From the NCBI RefSeq assembly GCF_004010195.1, contig NC_057728.1, positions 48,327,549 to 48,391,548 of the forward strand: 64,000 nucleotides of DNA, given 5' to 3'. The position numbers and the translations under genes are program-made. Positions 25,639 through 38,030 of this stretch are shown here, piece after piece. How positions within the stretch are numbered: position 1 is the first letter of the stretch; each line of letters opens with the position of its first letter. The notes below the pieces were generated by a model, which was given only the letters and a program-made list of their open reading frames with translations, ran no database searches and was not told where the DNA came from. The DNA is from Chiloscyllium plagiosum. Its lineage: Eukaryota.

Positions 25639-27489
25639 TCCTCTCATTGTCTGTCTATCTATATTGTTGATCCGTCCTATCAACAATATAGGACAGATGG
25701 CAGCAAGACCAAGATAACCAGCAGAACTTCTTAAGAACAGTCACTGGACCCCAAACATTAATGCTGCTTTCTCTCCACAGATGCTGCCAAGTTTTTCCAG
25801 CTATTTCAGATTTTGTTTTGGTAGTGTTCCTACCCCTGAGCCAAGAGGACTGGTTTGAAATTCTACCTGTTCCAGAAGTGTAATACTATCACTGGACAGG
25901 TTTATTGGAAAACACATCCTGATGAAAAGGGGGTTCTTGTCATGCAATGGTAGAGTCTAATGATGACAATGAATCCATTACCGATTGCCAGGAAAAGCAC
26001 ACCTGGTTCATTAACCTCCTCTAGGGAAGGAAACTGCTGCCCTTACCTGGTCTGCTCAACATGTGACTCCAGACTAATAGTAATGTATTTGACTCTTAAC
26101 TGTCCCTCTTTCAGAATGGGCAATAAATGCTGGCCTAGCTAATGATGTACTAATCTTGTGAGGGAATAAAACACTATGTCTACCCAAATGAATGCTTGTA
26201 GCAATGACCTGTGTAAAGATTTTTGTAATATGGATTTTAAAGAAGAGGGAAAATGAATTTAGTTTTCTGTTCAGTGAAGGTCTGACATTTAGTCAAACTC
26301 ATTTTGAGCAGCAAGTTCAAAACAATATTTTTAAGAGGGCATATGATTGTAGCTAAATATCTAGTAAACCACCCATGGAGATCATTGCTAAGGTACTTAG
26401 TGGTTTGAAATTTACAATCCAGAGAGGGGTTTGGGAGTGCGATACAGAAACATTGAGAGAGAAGTCTACAATAGCAGAGGTACTTGTTATTAATTAATAA
26501 CTACTGCTATTATTTGCATGTGGTCATTGAGGGAAAGCAGTCCCAAGTTGCTTAGAAGTCAAAAGGAAGAAAATTCCAAAAAGTGGAATTGTGGAGATTT
26601 CTCAGAGTTAAACATCCTACAAGGTTGTTGAAGACATCGGTTTAGGGAATTAATATTAAACAATATAAGAATTGATTTAGCAGTCCATTTTAAGGGTCTT
26701 GAGTAAAGGCATTAAAAATAAGCATTGAGTGAATACACATGTGAAATTTGTAATAGGAATGATTTAGAGCAGTTTCAGCTGAGCATGGAAATGGGGTGAC
26801 TTTTCGTGGAGATTTGGGGGTCAGTAAAATTGTCAGGTTAAAGAAGTTGAATCTATCTTTGTTTTTATAGTTATTATAGAGTGTAAATCGGTAGTTTTTT
26901 GTTATCACTAGTGTAATAAACTTTAATGTTTTCTGTTAAATGTAAATGTGGCTGACCTCAATGGTAAACAAAGTCAAGCCTTATCAGGTCCGGTTTCACT
27001 AAGATTTGAATGATCCAGTATTCCTCTCAGCTGGAATCATAGCAAAGACGTTGACAGGATTGACTTTTAACCTCCAACAATCTAATTATCCTCTTTTATG
27101 CAATGCATGATTCTAACCAGTGGAGAGCATCTTCCCCCTCCCCAACCTCCTGGCCCACAATTCCCACTGACTCTAGGTTGGATAAGGCTCTCAAAGCCAC
27201 ACTTGGTCCAACATTATGCTGATGTCATTGGCATTCATGGTCAACTCACCGCTCACTTTTAGCTCTTTTGTCCATTGTAGATTTGGTCTAAAAATGAAAT
27301 CATAAGTGACTGAGCTCTGGTAGAACCCAAACAGTGAATCAGGGAATAGGCTATTGCTGTGTAGCTCAGGAGGCAGATAAGGTGCTAATTGGTCAGATTG
27401 GATTGGTCCTGCTTTTGGTGGACAAGACATATCTGGGTAACTTTGTACATTGTCCTAGAATAACTTGTTGATTGGCTCAGCTAGATGTG

Positions 27490-28299
27490 ATAGGAGAAAG
27501 TGAGGACTGCAGATGCTGGAGACCAGAGTTGAAAAGTGTGGTGCTGAAAAAGTGCAGCAGGCCAGGCAGCATCCGAGGAGCAGGAGAATCGATGTTCCAG
27601 GCATAAGCCCTTCTTCAGGAATGAGGCTGGTGTGCCAAGCGGCCACACCTCCCCCCCAAGGCCCCAAGGGATCCTTCCATATCCGTCACAAATTCACCTG
27701 CACCTCCACACACATTTACTGTATTTGTTGCACCCGACGTGGTCTCTTCTATATTGGGGTGATAGGCCGCCTACTTGCGGAACATTTCAGGGAACACCTT
27801 TGGGACACCCGCACCAACCAACCCAACCACCCCGTGGCTGAACACTTTAACTACCCCTCCCACTCCGCCAAGGACATGCAGGTCCTGGGCCGCCTCCATC
27901 GCCAGACCCTGGCCACGACGCCTGGAGGAAGAGTGCCTCATCTTCCGCCTAGGAACCCTCCAACCACACGGGATGAATGTCGATTTCTCCAACTTCCTAA
28001 TTTCCCCTCCCCCCACCTTATCTCAGTCCCAACCCCCGGATTCAGCACCGCCCTCTTGACCTGCAATCTTTTTCCCGAACTCTCCGCCCCACCCTCTCTC
28101 CGGCCTATCACCCTCACCACCTTCCACCTATTGTATTCCCAGCGCCCCTCCCCCAAATTCCCCACCCCTAACCTTTTATCTCAGACTGCTTGGCGCACCA
28201 GCCTCATTCCTGAAGAAGGGCTTATGCCCGAAACGTCGATTCTCCTGCTCCTCGGATGCTGCCTGGCCTGCTGCACTTTTCCAGCACCAAACTTTTCAA
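27490..28299 (+). mobile_element. Penelope-like element: inverted terminal repeat, GIY-YIG endonuclease remnant, 3' repeat
   Basis: FTCTSTHIYCICCTRRGLFYIG...FREH...PVAEHFN...SHS; 27515-27640 inverted at 28186-28300; ctcagctagatgtg duplicated at 27476-27489 and 28300-28313 (TSD-like). Confidence 0.88.
28208..28239 (+). ncRNA. Minimal type-I hammerhead ribozyme motif of a Penelope-like element
   Basis: TC-CTGAAGA-A-GGGC TTAT GCCC-GAAAC-GTC-GA: core boxes, 4-bp stem II, palindromic ACGT stem III. Confidence 0.6.
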
Positions 28300-29902
28300 C
28301 TCAGCTAGATGTGGAGTGTTTATCTTCAGTACTATCACAAAGGATCTTGTCAGGCCTAAAGCCTTTGCAGTGTCCAAGGCCTTCAGACATTTCTTGGTTG
28401 GCAAGAAACAAATTAAGAGGAGAATAATGAATTTGATTGGAATAACTGATATTGTGGAATATCTTAGAAAACACTTAATAAGCCGTGGTTGGGGGTACGT
28501 TCGCTGAGCTGGGAAGTTGATTTGCAGACGTTTCGTCCCCTGTCTAGGTGATACCTTCAATGCTTTAGAGCCTCCTGCAAAGTACTACTGTGTCTTCTGG
28601 AATTTATTGGTGCCATTCCTGCTGTTTCCTAGATCAACTTCCCAGCTCAGAGAACATACCCACAACCACGGCAACCAGCACCCCTAGCTACAAATTTGCA
28701 TGCAAACCTTAAGACTTAAGCATAATGCTTCTGCAAATTGAGACAAATCCTTTGAACTAAATAGAATACCTTTGTAACTGTTTCTTTCTAAAATATTAAT
28801 GGGAATTTGTATATAGCATAGGTCATCTTTCTCAATATTGTATTTTTAAAATGCTAAAGTGGTCAAAACTTTTGGCAGCTTCACCAGAAGCACATTGTTT
28901 TTAAAAATTTTACACGACTGAATGCGTTGAGCAATGTTTTACACACACTGATACGATTATTAACTATTAATCTGTACTAGTACTCAGCAGCTGGAACTTT
29001 AATTTGCAAGTTGGCCATTTGAAAACGAGGTGGGCTTTTAGCGAATATCGCTGGTTCTCTGTAATGATAGATGAAGGCAGAAATACTGAAGGAGCAAAAC
29101 ATCCCACACAGAGATAAACTGTCCAAGGTAGGTCGACTATTGCTGAATTGAAATCATAATAGTTGACTGTTCTGATGTGTAAAAGGCCTGCAGCAACCTC
29201 TTGAAAACATTGTGCTAATGTTAAGCATATTGGATAATGTATGACAATCAAGTCTTGATTGAATAAATGTAACAGATGAATGAGCACAACTTAAGAAGAA
29301 AGGACAAAATCTTTTATATACAGCAGGGCGAGGGATATTTCTGAGAGAAACAGAACACCTTTTCACTGGTTATCTACAAGGCTCTCATTAACTATTCACA
29401 GATTAAAGATCCAGCAAGCAAATTGCCCCAACCTTCAAGAACTCACTTGCCAACTGGTGCAGATTTTATATTACCCAACATTTATAACTCACTCAATGCT
29501 AGGAGCAGTCACTGCTAAATTATGAGGATATAAATTCCAGGGAATTTTAGTCTTTTATGTCATGCTTGGTTGAAAAGAACAAATTTGAAAGCAGTTGAAA
29601 AAAAGCGATTAGATTCACCTTAGCTAATCTAATGTGCTGGAGGGAGAATCTCAAATGATGCTTTCATCATAAGTACATTTCCAGGCTAAGAAAGAAAAAG
29701 AATAGCAGTAAATCCTGAGGAGCCAAGAATCATCTTGAATTCTGGGAGAATTTGAGGTCAACATAAAAGACAGGGAAATGTGTACCTGATAACAGGTTTT
29801 CCACAATGTTAAACATTCTGTTCTGTCACTTCAGGAATAGATTACTACAGTATAGTGTTTAGTCAATACTGCATTTAATATGTTGGTTACTGTAATATCT
29901 TA

Positions 29903-30102
29903 TGATTTGGAGATGCCTGTGTTGGACTGGGGTATACAAAGTTAAAAATCACAACACCAGGTTATAGTCCAACAGGTTTAATTGGAAGCACTAGCTTTCA
30001 GAGTGCTGCTCCTTCATCAGGCGGTTAACAACCTCTGAAAGCTAGTGCTTCCAATTAAATCTGTTGGAATATAACCTAGTGTTGTGTGATTTTTAAACTT
30101 TG
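29903..30102. mobile_element. Palindromic Penelope-like mini element (family 2)
   Basis: Inverted arms; minus strand reads cctgatgaaggagcagcactctgaaagctagtg. Confidence 0.75.
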
Positions 30103-30317
30103 CAAATGTCTTAGAACATGAAATCTTGTTGCTTTCTCATTCAATTACAAATTGAAAATTCAAATCTCTAATCTTAAAAAGGTCTGCCATTTTCCATATA
30201 TCACTCCTTGTACAACCTTAGAATTTTACAGCAAGGCTTTTCTTTAAGCAGAAGTTAAATAATGATTACCAATCTCATTTAAGAAGAAAAATCTCAAAAC
30301 GTCCACATCACAACTTC

Positions 30318-30850
30318 TGTGTAGTGTTCTGGCTGCCCAGCTATAGGAAGGCTGTTCTTAAATTGTAAAGGGTAGAGAAAAGATTTTCAATGTTGTTGCC
30401 AGAACTGGAGGATTTGAGTTATAAGGAGAGGCTGGATAGGCTGAGACTTCTTAACCTGGAGTGTAGGAGGCTGAGGGGTGACCTTATAGAGGTTTATTAA
30501 TCCATGAGGGGCATAGATAAGGTGAACAGCAAAAGGTCTTTTTCCTGGGATAGGGGAGTTCAAAACTAGAGGGCAGAATATTAAGGTGAGAGGAGTAAGA
30601 TTTAAAAAGGGACCTGAGAGGCTACTTTTTCATACAAAGGGTGGTTTGTTTGTGGAATGAACAGGCAGAGGAAGTGATAGATGCAGGTACAGTTACAACA
30701 TTTAAAAGACATTTGGACAGGTACATAATAGGAAAGATTGAGAGGAAAATGGGCCAAACACAGGCAAATGGGACTGGTTTAGTTTGGGAAACCTGGTCAG
30801 CATTGTCGAGTTGGACCGAAGGGTCTGTTTCTGTGCTGCATGACTCTATT
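30318..30850 (+). mobile_element. CR1 LINE 3' fragment
   Basis: aggctgaggggtgaccttatagagg and ORF 30641-30883 WNEQAEEVIDAGTVTTFKRHLDRY. Confidence 0.85.
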
Positions 30851-32369
30851 AAAATATTGCAAAGTTCTTCACTGAGGAAATAACCAGGTACTAAGCAGTG
30901 AAGTGTGTGTGTTGGAGATGAAAACTAGTGATCACGGTTGTAGGTTTTAAGGAAGTTTTTGAAAGCAAAGAGAGAGATGTTATGGAACAGGAACTTAGAC
31001 TGCGCCAACATGGAAGATTGATGGACTGCCTTTTGCCAAGGGAGAGGTGGACAGAGATGGTGTGAGGAATGCAGAATAGATGAGCTAGATGATGGAAGGT
31101 ATCTCTTGGAACAAATGGCAGAACGGGTTGTAGAACTATTTTAAATAAAATCAGGGAAGGATTTGTAGGTTAGGACAACCATTTTGAAAACTAACAGGAG
31201 ATAATGGTTGGAAAGGCACATGGGGAGATAGGAGTGAGTTTTTAAAACAACAGAAACATATGGTGCTGAAACTTTGAACGCACTTTAATTTGATGTGCAC
31301 AGAACTCAGGAACTTGGCAAAGAAACAATCAGAATAATAGCCTCAGGGGCAAGGACACAAAATAGGAGTTTCAGTAATATTGGGGCCTGGTGAGGCCAGA
31401 GTTGGAAAATAAACCTTGATACTCAGCTCTGAAGTAGGGAGAACATTCAGTATCGTATTGTGCTCACTCCGAAAGACATGATAGGGAAGAGGGCAATGTC
31501 AGACTCAAACTTTGGTGGAAGCCGAATAGCATAAGCAGCAAGTTCTTAGTCAAAGATGATTCAGAGTCATTGATTGAGTAGCTAAATAGTCAAGTCAACA
31601 CAGATGATCAAGTTGTCACGAATGGGACCACAAAGTTGAGAACTGTTTTAAAACGTCATTTGTTTACAGCACAACTGTTCCATTCCTCAGATAAAGTCAC
31701 CATTCATAAAGTAATGAGAAAAAGACCAAAATTGGAGCCTTGGGAAATGCAACCATTATAGCAGAGGTAGATATGAAGCAGGCTATAGTAGGTATCACAG
31801 GTCAACTATAAAGGAGAGACGGTGGAGGTGGTTGGGATATTAAACATCATGAAGGAGGAGTGAGAGAAGCAATAGCACACCAAGATTGCAATCACAAAAT
31901 ATCAGCATGACTTTAACCAGTCTTAGTGCTGAGATGGACATTTGAAAGCAAAGACGGGAGAAGTTCTGAGTCAGGCAAGGAAGCACAAAGGTCGTATTAG
32001 TTTCCACGTGTTGAAAAGACTCAGCCTTATAGCTCCACCACCACTCCAATCTCCTCCACAGTCATGAACTATCAAGCTGTTTATTCCACATCCAGTAGTA
32101 CTCAAGCAAAAATTCCTCCAATTCAATATCAGAAAGACCAAAGCCATTTTCTTTTGCAGTCCAAGTTATTTTGTCCTTTATACTCCACCCTAACATATAG
32201 TTCCTGCCTTTATTATTTCTCAGGTATACCCAAACTGTTTCTACATTCTGGTTTCTGGAACTTGTTTGCCCTCACTGTTGTGCTAATAACAATAACTAAC
32301 AGAGCCACCCATCCACTGTCTCCTAGCTTCCTATCTTTCATAAATGTCACATTCCCCTCCAATATTCAG

Positions 32370-33300
32370 GTCAAAATACAGGTCAGCCTATAACAATATC
32401 TCTGCAATGGCTATCCAAATGTACTAGTTTATTTCTATTTGCATTCATAGTTCATCTGTTTTGTTTCAAATACAAAGCTTTCAATTTTGTCCTATATTTG
32501 TAACCTCCAGCATTATCTGTTAATTTATTCTTAGATTTTTTTCATTCTATCCCTTCCACTTCTGTTAATTTACTGGCTCCCATATTAATTCCTTCCTTCT
32601 TGTTTTGCCTTGATTGTTTTATTTACTTTTCCTGAAATGTGATCCCTTATCCCAACACTTCATTCAAAACTCTCTCTACTTTATAGATAACACAGCTCAC
32701 TGGAACATTCGAACCATACTGGAAACAGTGTAGATTGTCCCATTGGCACAGCCCACATTTTCCCCCACACAATACTAATGCCAGCACCCCACAAACAGAA
32801 AACTCACTTCTGATTTGCCAGCCTTTGAACCAACGATTCATTTTCCTAACCTTAGTCACTCTGTGCCAATTTGCATGTGGTTTAGGTCATAATCCAGCTA
32901 TCATTACATTTGAGGTTCTGCTTCTTAATTTAGTGCCTAGCTCCTCATTCTGACTGTGCAGGGCTTCTTTCTCCATCCTGCCTACAATGTTGAATTTACA
33001 TGGACTGTGATGACTGGAGCTTCCCTTTCCCACTATACTTTACCCCTCAGCACTGAGCACACATTCTAGACCCCAACACTGGGCAGGTAATATAGCTTGT
33101 AAACTCTTGCTCATTCCCACAGAGAACAGTGTCAATCCCCCTTATATACTGTCCCCAAACATTTCCACCACTAATTTCATTTCTGCTCATCAGACTTTAA
33201 TGACTTCCTGTACCACAGTGCCATGGGCAGCCAGCTCATCTATCACGCAGCCCAACCACTAATTCCCCCACCCCACCCCCACACACGAACCTGTTGAATA
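32370..33300 (-). mobile_element. Degraded CR1 5' region (ORF1-like)
   Basis: ORF 32647-32859 KVRKMNRWFKGW...CQWDNLH...G resembles the SGNH/esterase-like CR1 ORF1. Confidence 0.5.
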
Positions 33301-35844
33301 AAGGCTCCTGCACTCCTGTCCTCTCAGTCCCCTCATCGGCCTTAGCTGCAGCCACACTCTCTGGTCTCTGACTGCTGACTAAGTTCAGCATAATTGTCAG
33401 TCTTGGATGGCATGTTATTGTACTAAGTGAAACTTTCCCTTTCTTGAGAGAACATATGAAAGGAAAGAAGAAAGTGTCTAGAAGGTAAAGAGGGGTGAGG
33501 TGAAAAGAGCCAAGATAGAAAGGGTAGAGAGGGAATGAGAAGGAATACAAAGGACAAATTGGTTTAACTTTTGTTGGCAGTTTAAAATTGTCTATATTCC
33601 AATCTTATTTAACCAAATCAATATTCACAAAGAGAGTACTTTCCCCTCTTCTCTTCAAACAGTGAAATGAAGCCTTTAAACTATACTTCATTTATTTCAA
33701 ATATCTATTGCCATAATCCATTATTATCAAACTTTTCACATGTCAGTAAAACATCAAACATGAGTGTGTCATGGGATAATGTTATTTCTGACTATGTAAC
33801 AAGGTTAGTAATACATTTATGTCATAGTCAGATAAAATAACTAACAATATGTTAAGACAAATTGCTAAATACAAAGCACTAATTTAATCAGTCAGAAAAA
33901 TGAAAGTCTGCCTTCCTGTGACAAGTATGAATACTTGCGCATTTGTCTTTACTATGGATTGACTATGTTAAATACACATTCTGAAGGGTAAATCTATCAC
34001 CAAGACAATGTAATGGAACAAGAAACTATAAGGCATGACTAAATAAAACACAAGTCAGTCATCAATAATTGGCATTCCCAAAAGCTTTGTGAAAAATATA
34101 ATATTTAATGAATTGAATATAAAAAGGTAATAAACTTTTGCTAAGCATGCAACTTATAAATGATCAATATCTGTAAGGTAACAGAAATATTACAAAGTTA
34201 CTCTTAAAATGTACTGATTTTTGACTTTGTTTCAATTTTCAAAAGCGTTTTGGAGATGGTGAATTGTTTGAAACTGGAATGACTCCTGTGGTGTAAATAT
34301 AGAAGGGCATTTGCTCATTGGTAGATTGTCCAAACAATAATTGATTGTCTGATGAGTTGGCTTTCTCTCAGCAACGTGTTTAATATTAGGCACTAGGAGA
34401 ACTCTCTCGCTTTACTGGTTGGTGATCTTGGATATAAGCATTCAATTGCACCAGAAGAAGAGTCAAATAAGATATAGAATTAAATGTTACATCAAAAGTC
34501 AAAATCTATAGCATCCCAGGACTCTGTTTATATGCCCCAAATGTTAGTCTAGATTTTGCAATTAGGCACTTGGAAATCCACAAATTCTCACTCAAATGTA
34601 ACTGTGCTACCTACTGAATGTAGGGATACATTTTAGTGAGGCTCAATGAGATGGCATTACTAATTAGAACTAACTTTAAAATTAACTAGTTTTGAGATTT
34701 GTAGCTCAGGTTGAGGTTCTGGATGTAGGTTTGCTCGCTGAGCTGGAAGGTTTAACATTAACTGCATGTATTTAACTTTGATTTTATATGAGTTTGTTCT
34801 ACATATCAGGTTGATCACCGTTTCTCCTTCTGTCAGATACATTTTCAGCTAATGGGAGGATGCTGAATATTCTCCACAATTCAGTATCGCACAAACTTCC
34901 AGCAACTTGCTGTCTTAAAGATAGACAGCCCTATTTTGTTGAGAAGTTGCAAGATAGCATGCAATTTCAAAGACACTGATTCACACAGGAAGGCAGTTCT
35001 ACTGGCACCGTCGGCCTTAGAGTGTCTTTGCTGAAATGCATATTCTGCATGATGGAAAGCAATAGGACAAGTGTCATCAGGAAATTTCATTTTAAGGGTA
35101 TCTCACTAATTTCTAATCCTCATCTTCAAACCATACTCTCTAGCACAGAATGAAAATGATTCAATAGGTTTGGGAACTCTGGCAATTCCAATTCTTTTTG
35201 GCACACAGTAAGGAATATAATTATTTCTATTTTCTTGCCTGTGTGGTTTTATTTCACATCTGGTCTGATCCTCTCCCAACCAAAAAAAAGGGTTCAAGTG
35301 AGACTGGTGAATATCAGTGATGTTTCACGATTGGAACTAATTGCATCTAGATACCAGTTATCGCCAGTCTTTGTACTGTTTATGTCTGGATGTTCTTCAC
35401 ATTTCACCATCTTAAGGTAGAACAACTGGAATAATTTCAAGAAACATAACTGTGTTGCATATGATTAAAGTACGTTTGAATGACACCAGGTTATAAAAAA
35501 ATTAATTGGTTATTTTGACAAGTTAAGCTACAGTTTACTCAATCAAGGGTTCTGTGACATTTACAGTACTAGCATGTGTGATTAAGGCTTTTTTTTTAAA
35601 GAAAGCTATATTTTCTTTTTAAATGAACTGATGGGTACATATGACATATTGGATAACAGCACTTTTTTCATGCATTACTCCTATATTACCTATGTCACTC
35701 AAACTGGTCAGAGATTTTAAAAAGGTTCATCTTGACTTATCCAAAGACAAAATTACTTGTTGATTAAAGTCAGGAAGCATCTTTAAAGCCTTTGTTCCAT
35801 TAGCTGTTTTTCAGGCAAATCAAAAACTTTTACTGAAGAAAAGG

Positions 35845-36100
35845 TTTGCATTTATATTGTACCTTTAATGACCTCCCAAAGCGCATTACAATCAATGAAG
35901 TACTGTTATAAATGTAGGCAGCCAATTCTTTAATCAGTTCAAGGATAACGTTTGGGTGATGTTGTTTTGATTGGTAAAGGCAGGCCAGAACACTGGGAGT
36001 GTGTTTGAAGAGGGCTGTGGGATTTACCCACCTGAAGGGCACAAGGAATTTGGTTAAATATTTTATCCAAAAGACAGCACGTCCTTAGTTGTATATTGAA
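35845..36100 (-). mobile_element. Old SINE with L2-like tail (Deu-domain-like)
   Basis: ttgcatttatattgtacc tail; related copies near 41981-42190 (+), 46540-46775 (+) and 51925-52212 (-). Confidence 0.5.
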
Positions 36101-36443
36101 GTCTCAACTGGGATTAAGTATTCAACTCTCCGGTGGGGGGCGGGCGGGGGGGCGACTGAGGAGATCAGTGTTGCCACCAACGCATAATGGTACATATCTA
36201 TTGGACAGTTAGGTAACATTAATAATTACTGATTGTATACTAATTCTAAATAAGATTTAACCTCTGAACGAACTAAAAGTTGCTTTTTTTCCTGAAAGTA
36301 CAATTAATGCATTTAAGAAACTGCAGGCCCTAAACAAGATGCTGTAAAACACAACTGCAGAAGGTATACAACATTGTTAAATGTTCATTTCGCTAGCTTA
36401 ATTACAAGCCTTTTTAAGGTGATACATCAACAGCTCACTTTAC

Positions 36444-36779
36444 CTTAGGGTTTCGAATGAGTTGCTGTTCATCATAATGGAGCAACGCTTTGCTGTTAGT
36501 TTGGGAATTGTTGACGAAGATCTGGAGACAGGGATAGAGCGACGTGCCTTTGCAATCTGCCCCACATGTGAAAGTGCACTCAGACATTTCGGCGATGTGC
36601 CGCAGCGACAGCACCGTGCAGTTAGCAGCCTTGCACTGCATGTTGTTCAGCGTGGGGTTTAACCAACAAAACCCGAGGATGAATAGGGAGATGATGCCGG
36701 AGATTATGAGGAAGAAGCCGAGTCTGATGCTTTTATCCTCCGCCTCGGAATACTCATAGGTGACCCTGGGCTTCGCCAT
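36444..36779 (-). CDS. KCNMB4: KCNMB4 coding exon 1 (336 nt, aa 1-112: N-terminus, TM1, start of extracellular loop)
   Basis: Translates [28 protein letters not shown]...NCTVLS...[26 protein letters not shown]...LIRNPK, matching vertebrate BK beta-4; ends AAG|GTAAAG (phase 0). Confidence 0.97.
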
Positions 36780-37452
36780 CAGATGGGGAACTGAAAGCCA
36801 GTTCTCAATACATCCACAATCTAGTGCAGGCTTTAGCCCTGGGCAACCGCTTCAGAAAACTTTCCACAGTTCAGTTCCGATAGCCGGTAGCTAAAACTCT
36901 TGAATAACTTGGCTGCTGTTGCGGAGGAAACAGCCGCATTTTGTTCGCTTTTTCGTTTGGAATTTAAAAGCTGCGTGCGGCTTTCCCTCGTGCCACGCTG
37001 CCGCTCTGCAAATCCTGACAGTTACATCTGGATTAGGTAAGCTTCTTAGATAGAAATAGCTCATAGCTCCAAGTGGCTGATGTTTACTAACTGCTCTGCT
37101 CAGGAGCATAGCTCCCAGACTGAACTGCCAGGCAGTGGGAGGGTCTCTGTGCTAATAATGTCCCTGTGGAACAGGCATTCCTGGATCCGCCTTTGGGTGA
37201 CAGACATCCCATTACAGAGCCGGGTTGTATAGCAAACCCTTTCTCTACAAACTCCAGCCCAATCCAGGGAGTATTTGACTAACAGTCGTCGATGTCCCAA
37301 CATTTAAACCAGAAGCAAGTTTCTGATTTGCAGCTTCCGGGTTTCAATCAGCATTTAAACCATCCTTCCTGTAACCGTGGACATGGAGTTCCGTACTAAA
37401 AGTTCTCTCACTGTCCACAACAGAGCCCGTTTATTGGGTAAGGCATGTAAAG

Positions 37453-37662
37453 ATTAGAGTGGTGCTGGAAAAGCACAGATCAGACAACATCCGAGAAGCA
37501 GGAAAATCACTGTTTCGGGCAAAAGCCCTTCATCAAAACCCTTCCGAATGCGGGGCTTTTTGCCCGAAACGTCGATTTTCCCGCTCCTCGGATGCTGCAT
37601 GACCTGCTGTGCTTTTCCAGCACCACACTAATCTCCAGCATCTGCAGACCTCACTTTCTCCT
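37453..37662. mobile_element. Palindromic Penelope-like mini element upstream of KCNMB4
   Basis: gattagagtggtgctggaaaagcacag ... ctgtgcttttccagcaccacactaatc inverted arms; tgcccgaaacgtcga. Confidence 0.8.
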
Positions 37663-37868
37663 CCTTCGTAAGTAAGGGTCTGAAAGAATTTCTTAACAGC
37701 GGAAGTCATTCCAGAAATAACTTTCTGCTACATTTACCTGACTCCTTTCCCGGGGCATCTGCAGACCTCACTTTCTCCTCCTTCATAAGGGTCTGAAAGA
37801 ATTTCTTAACAGCGGAAGTCATTCCAGAAATAACTTTCTGCTACATTTACCTGACTCCTTTCCCGGGG
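37638..37868. repeat. Near-perfect 117-bp-period tandem duplication
   Basis: gcatctgcagacc...tcccgggg at 37638 and 37755; the copies differ mainly by a 4-nt indel. Confidence 0.93.
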
Positions 37869-37869
37869 T

Positions 37870-38030
37870 GACCCTGTAAGATCTAAAAATCAGGAAGAAG
37901 TAGCGGAGAGAGAGGCGGGGGGCGGCGAGCGAGGGGGGCGGGGGGCGGCGAGAGGAGTGGTGTTGAGGACGGTTGGGTTGCGGGAGGGGAGAGGGGACAT
38001 GAAGAGCTGGGACCTGGCGGCATAATTCAT
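37870..38030 (-). promoter_or_regulatory. GC/CpG-rich putative KCNMB4 promoter or 5' non-coding exon
   Basis: G-runs and GC-box-like motifs (ggggcggcg, ggggggcgggggg) about 1.1 kb upstream of the ATG in otherwise AT-rich DNA. Confidence 0.55.

Noticed and set aside
27513..28427. 304-aa ORF, the longest in the window
   Set aside because: Chimeric read-through of Penelope inverted repeats and a frameshifted GIY-YIG fragment, not a host gene.
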